Below, in pieces: positions 61,275 to 64,000 of a DNA stretch of 64,000 nucleotides. The notes beneath the pieces were generated by a model. It made no database searches. It worked only from the letters and a program-made list of their open reading frames with translations, and was not told where the DNA came from. The first letter of the stretch is position 1. The number at the start of each line of letters is the position of its first letter. The DNA is from Xanthobacteraceae bacterium (lineage in GTDB: Bacteria > Pseudomonadota > Alphaproteobacteria > Rhizobiales > Xanthobacteraceae): positions 83,887 through 147,886 of the forward strand of contig DATBAD010000001.1 of NCBI GenBank assembly GCA_036271715.1, written 5' to 3'. The position numbers and the translations under genes are program-made.

Positions 61275-62054
61275 ATGGATATCGCGACGGGCCTAGGGCT
61301 CCTTGCCGGTACGGCGGTCATCATGACCGTCATGCTCATGGGCGGCGGCCTGGGCATGTTCGTCAGCGATCACGCCGTCATCATTATTTTCGGCGGCTCG
61401 TTCGCGGCGACGCTGATACGCTTTCCGCTATCATCGATCTTTCACGGCCTGCCGCTTGGCATGAGGTTCGCTTTCACCATGCGCCGCATTACGCAGCGCG
61501 AGTTGGTCGATGAGATCGGGGGGCTTGCCGAAATCGCGCGCAAGCAAGGTCCGATGGGGCTCGAAAAGGTCGAGATCGAAGACACGTTCCTCGCCAAGGG
61601 CATCCGCTTTGTCGCCGACGGTTACGACACGGAATTCATCCGCGACAATCTCGAGCGCGACCGCGACAATTTCCTCACCCATCTCGACGAGGGTGGGAAG
61701 ATCTACCGCGCCGTCGGCGATTGCGCTCCGGCCTTCGGCATGATCGGCACACTGATCGGCATGGTGCAGATGTTCGCCAACATGACGGATCCGTCGAAGC
61801 TCGGCCCGTTCATGGCGACCGCGCTGTTGGCGACGCTATACGGCGCCGTGGTTTCGAACCTCATCTGCCTGCCGATTGCCGACAAACTGCACGTCAAAAT
61901 TGCCGACGAAGAGATCAACCGGACGCTCATCATCGATGGCGTTTTGATGATCCGCGAGTCCAAGAGCCCGACGCTCGTGCGCGAAATGTTGATCGCCTAT
62001 CTGCCGGAGAAGCATCGCGAGGCCGCCGCCGAGCCGGAGCCGGTTCCGGCTTAA
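61275..62054 (+). CDS. motA: MotA/PomA-type stator (proton-channel) protein
   Basis: 259 aa with four TM segments. The conserved C-terminal channel region is APAFGMIGTLIGMVQMF...ATALLATLYGAVVSNLICLPIADKL. Confidence 0.85.
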   Translation: MDIATGLGLLAGTAVIMTVMLMGGGLGMFVSDHAVIIIFGGSFAATLIRFPLSSIFHGLPLGMRFAFTMRRITQRELVDEIGGLAEIARKQGPMGLEKVEIEDTFLAKGIRFVADGYDTEFIRDNLERDRDNFLTHLDEGGKIYRAVGDCAPAFGMIGTLIGMVQMFANMTDPSKLGPFMATALLATLYGAVVSNLICLPIADKLHVKIADEEINRTLIIDGVLMIRESKSPTLVREMLIAYLPEKHREAAAEPEPVPA

Positions 62055-62093
62055 GCCAGGCTGCAAAGCCAGTGCGTTATTTGGGCGTAGTCT

Positions 62094-62918
62094 ATGGCGC
62101 GGAAAAAGGAAGCACACGGCGGCGGTCACGGCTGGTTCGTCACCTTCGCCGACCTGATGGGGCTTCTGGTCAGCTTCTTCGTGATGCTGGTGGCGTTTTC
62201 CAACCAGGATCAGCAGAAGCTGCAGATGGTCGCGGGCTCGATGCGCGACGCCTTCGGCGTGCAGAACAATGTCCGCTATTCCGGCATCATCGAAGTCGAC
62301 GGCCTGCCGACGCGGCCGAAGCTGAAAAACGCCGCTCACATCACTCCCGAAGACGCATCCGCTACGCCGACGCCCGACCTGGGCGACCGCAATCGCGATT
62401 TCGGCGGCAAGTTCAAACGGGACCAGGCCTTCGCGCTCGCAGCAGCGTCGCTGCGGCAGGCCTTGCAGGACATGCCGGAACTGACCGAAGCCTCCAAGCA
62501 CATCATGGTCGAGGAGACCAAAGAGGGTCTCAATATCGAGATCGTCGACCAGGAAGGCCGTTCGATGTTTCCGGAAGGCTCCAAGGAGCCTTTCGAACGA
62601 ACCCGCCGCATCATCCAGAAGATTTCGGGCCCGCTGAAAGAAATGCCCTACCGGGTGGCGATTACCGGCCACACCTCCGCGTCCCAGGCGCCACCGCAGC
62701 CCGATTACGGGCCCTGGAGCCTGTCAGTCGACCGCGCCAACGCTGTGCGGCAAATCCTGGAGGAGCAGGGGCTGCCGTCGAACAACATCTATGCGGTGTC
62801 CGGCAAGGCCGACACTGACCCACTGTTCCCGGATGACCCCTTTATTGCCGCCAATCGGCGGGTGACTATCACGCTGATGCGGGAAGCGCCGCCGGTTCCG
62901 CCCGATCTGAAACCCTAA
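62094..62918 (+). CDS. motB: MotB-type stator protein (OmpA-like peptidoglycan-binding C-terminus)
   Basis: 274 aa. The N-terminal TM segment carries the conserved Asp (WFVTFADLMGLLVSFF). The OmpA_C-like region is ITGHTS...SLSVDRANAVRQIL...ANRRVTITL. Confidence 0.85.
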   Translation: MARKKEAHGGGHGWFVTFADLMGLLVSFFVMLVAFSNQDQQKLQMVAGSMRDAFGVQNNVRYSGIIEVDGLPTRPKLKNAAHITPEDASATPTPDLGDRNRDFGGKFKRDQAFALAAASLRQALQDMPELTEASKHIMVEETKEGLNIEIVDQEGRSMFPEGSKEPFERTRRIIQKISGPLKEMPYRVAITGHTSASQAPPQPDYGPWSLSVDRANAVRQILEEQGLPSNNIYAVSGKADTDPLFPDDPFIAANRRVTITLMREAPPVPPDLKP

Positions 62919-63151
62919 GCGCGTTTCGACCTAGATCGTTGATCCTGTGCAATTAAATGCTGCCCTCGGCAGCCTATTCGTTGGAGACGGTGGTAAATTG
63001 GTCATGCGGCGCGGGTATCGTCGGCCGTGCAAAAATTGTTGCCTGGGAATGCCCAAGCGTTACCCATGACTCTCCGCCGTGAAGGGTGTATAGGCGCGCG
63101 CTTGCGTCTCTTGCAGCAGCAGGAGCAGGCGAAAGTCCTGTTTCAAAATTC

Positions 63152-64000
63152 ATGACAGATAGGGTTAGCGCTCCTGCCGGGAGCGATGTGCCGGTTCGCG
63201 GCAGCGACGAAGCACATGCGCATCCGAGCCTGTGGGGGCTCGCGGTCGGCAGTACCGGCGTCGTCTACGGGGATATCGGCACCAGTCCCCTTTATGCGTT
63301 CCGCGAAGCGATGCTGGCCGCAGGCGGCCAGAATGGCGCAATGGATCGCACGATCGTGCTCGGCATCGTATCGCTGATCCTGTGGGCGCTGTTCATTACC
63401 GTGACGCTGAAATACGTCGTCATTCTGCTCCGCGCCGATAACAATGGGGAAGGCGGCACGCTCACTTTGATGGCGCTGGCCTCGCGTGCGGTTGGCCGCA
63501 TCAGCAGGGCTGCGGCCTTTGTGACGCTCCTCGGTATTATTAGCGCCGCATTGTTCTATGGTGACGCCGTGATTACGCCGGCGCTGTCGGTGCTGTCGGC
63601 GGTCGAAGGTATGGATGTCGCCACGCCGGCGTTCCACGCCTATGTCGTGCCGATCACCATCGTCATTCTCATCGTATTGTTCGCCGCCCAATCCTTCGGC
63701 ACGGCTAAAGTCGCAGCGCTGTTCGGTCCGATCATGGTGGTGTGGTTTGTGGCCATGGCGCTGCCGGGCCTGATTTGGATCGCTAAAGACCCTGGCATCC
63801 TATGGGCGCTCAATCCGTTCTACGGCGTCGATTTCCTTCTGCATCACGGAATGATCGGCCTTTATGCGCTCGGCGCCGTGTTCCTTGCCGTCACCGGCGC
63901 AGAAGCGCTCTACGCGGATCTTGGTCATTTCGGCCGTAAGCCAATCCAAATCGCTTGGATTGCGGTGGTGCTGCCGTCGCTGGCGCTGAATTATCTCGGG
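63152..64000 (+). CDS. kup: Kup-family potassium uptake protein (5' partial; continues beyond the window)
   Basis: This gene is not in the ORF track because no stop falls within the window. My translation from ATG 63152 gives [53 protein letters not shown]...[16 protein letters not shown]...[18 protein letters not shown]...[12 protein letters not shown], which are Kup hallmarks. Confidence 0.9.
   Translation, partial: MTDRVSAPAGSDVPVRGSDEAHAHPSLWGLAVGSTGVVYGDIGTSPLYAFREAMLAAGGQNGAMDRTIVLGIVSLILWALFITVTLKYVVILLRADNNGEGGTLTLMALASRAVGRISRAAAFVTLLGIISAALFYGDAVITPALSVLSAVEGMDVATPAFHAYVVPITIVILIVLFAAQSFGTAKVAALFGPIMVVWFVAMALPGLIWIAKDPGILWALNPFYGVDFLLHHGMIGLYALGAVFLAVTGAEALYADLGHFGRKPIQIAWIAVVLPSLALNYLG

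Noticed and set aside
61275-62918. The motAB pair as a Zorya-type (ZorAB) anti-phage module.
   Set aside because: ZorA proteins are much larger, with a long C-terminal tail, and are accompanied by ZorC/D or ZorE genes. Here MotA is a compact 259-aa stator and the neighbours are mmsA and kup.

Overview
The window comes from a GC-rich (about 60-63%) alphaproteobacterial chromosome. The protein sequences look Hyphomicrobiales/Nitrobacteraceae-like, but that is inference only because no database search was possible.

**Ribosomal cluster (1-18.4 kb).** This is the conserved ribosomal super-cluster, all on the + strand and tightly packed:
- str operon tail: rpsG-fusA-tuf.
- S10 operon: rpsJ-rplCDWB-rpsS-rplV-rpsC-rplP-rpmC-rpsQ.
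- spc operon: rplNXE-rpsNH-rplFR-rpsE-rpmD-rplO-secY-adk.
- alpha operon: rpsM-rpsK-rpoA-rplQ, ending in a clear intrinsic terminator.
- rpmJ, infA and rpsD are absent from the cluster.

**Remaining 45 kb.** This is mostly housekeeping or core metabolism:
- Dihaem cytochrome c, HtrA/DegP protease, rarA and an RluC-like synthase.
- An ArsR regulator with two SRPBCC proteins.
- A three-gene 2-oxoglutarate:ferredoxin oxidoreductase operon with a GltD-ferredoxin fusion.
- ATP12, moaA, gph, rpiA, gor, a class II DAHP synthase and nadE.
- maiA with a MarR regulator, and doxX.
- cysS, cimA, a LOG-family protein, an Atm1-like ABC exporter and psd-pssA.
- A TRAP binding protein, mmsA, motAB, and a 5' partial kup that the ORF track omits.

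**Not found.** I saw no rRNA, tRNA, CRISPR array, transposase or integrase.

**Hunt result.** I did not find a convincing multi-gene novel system. The best leads are:
- A sharp low-GC, foreign-codon segment inside the essential cysS gene.
- A stand-alone, low-GC, two-HKD PLD-family protein with an unknown N-terminal domain.
- The korAB operon, translationally coupled to a GltD-like flavoprotein fused to a 2x[4Fe-4S] ferredoxin.
- A Lys/Ala-rich roughly 60-aa N-terminal extension on ribosomal protein uL5.
- An orphan TRAP binding protein with a roughly 190-aa Pro/Ala tail.
- An orphan motAB pair.
- Several short repeats in intergenic regions.

**Starts.** Many ORF-track starts are over-extended. 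I re-called them from conserved N-termini, RBS positions and stop/start overlaps.
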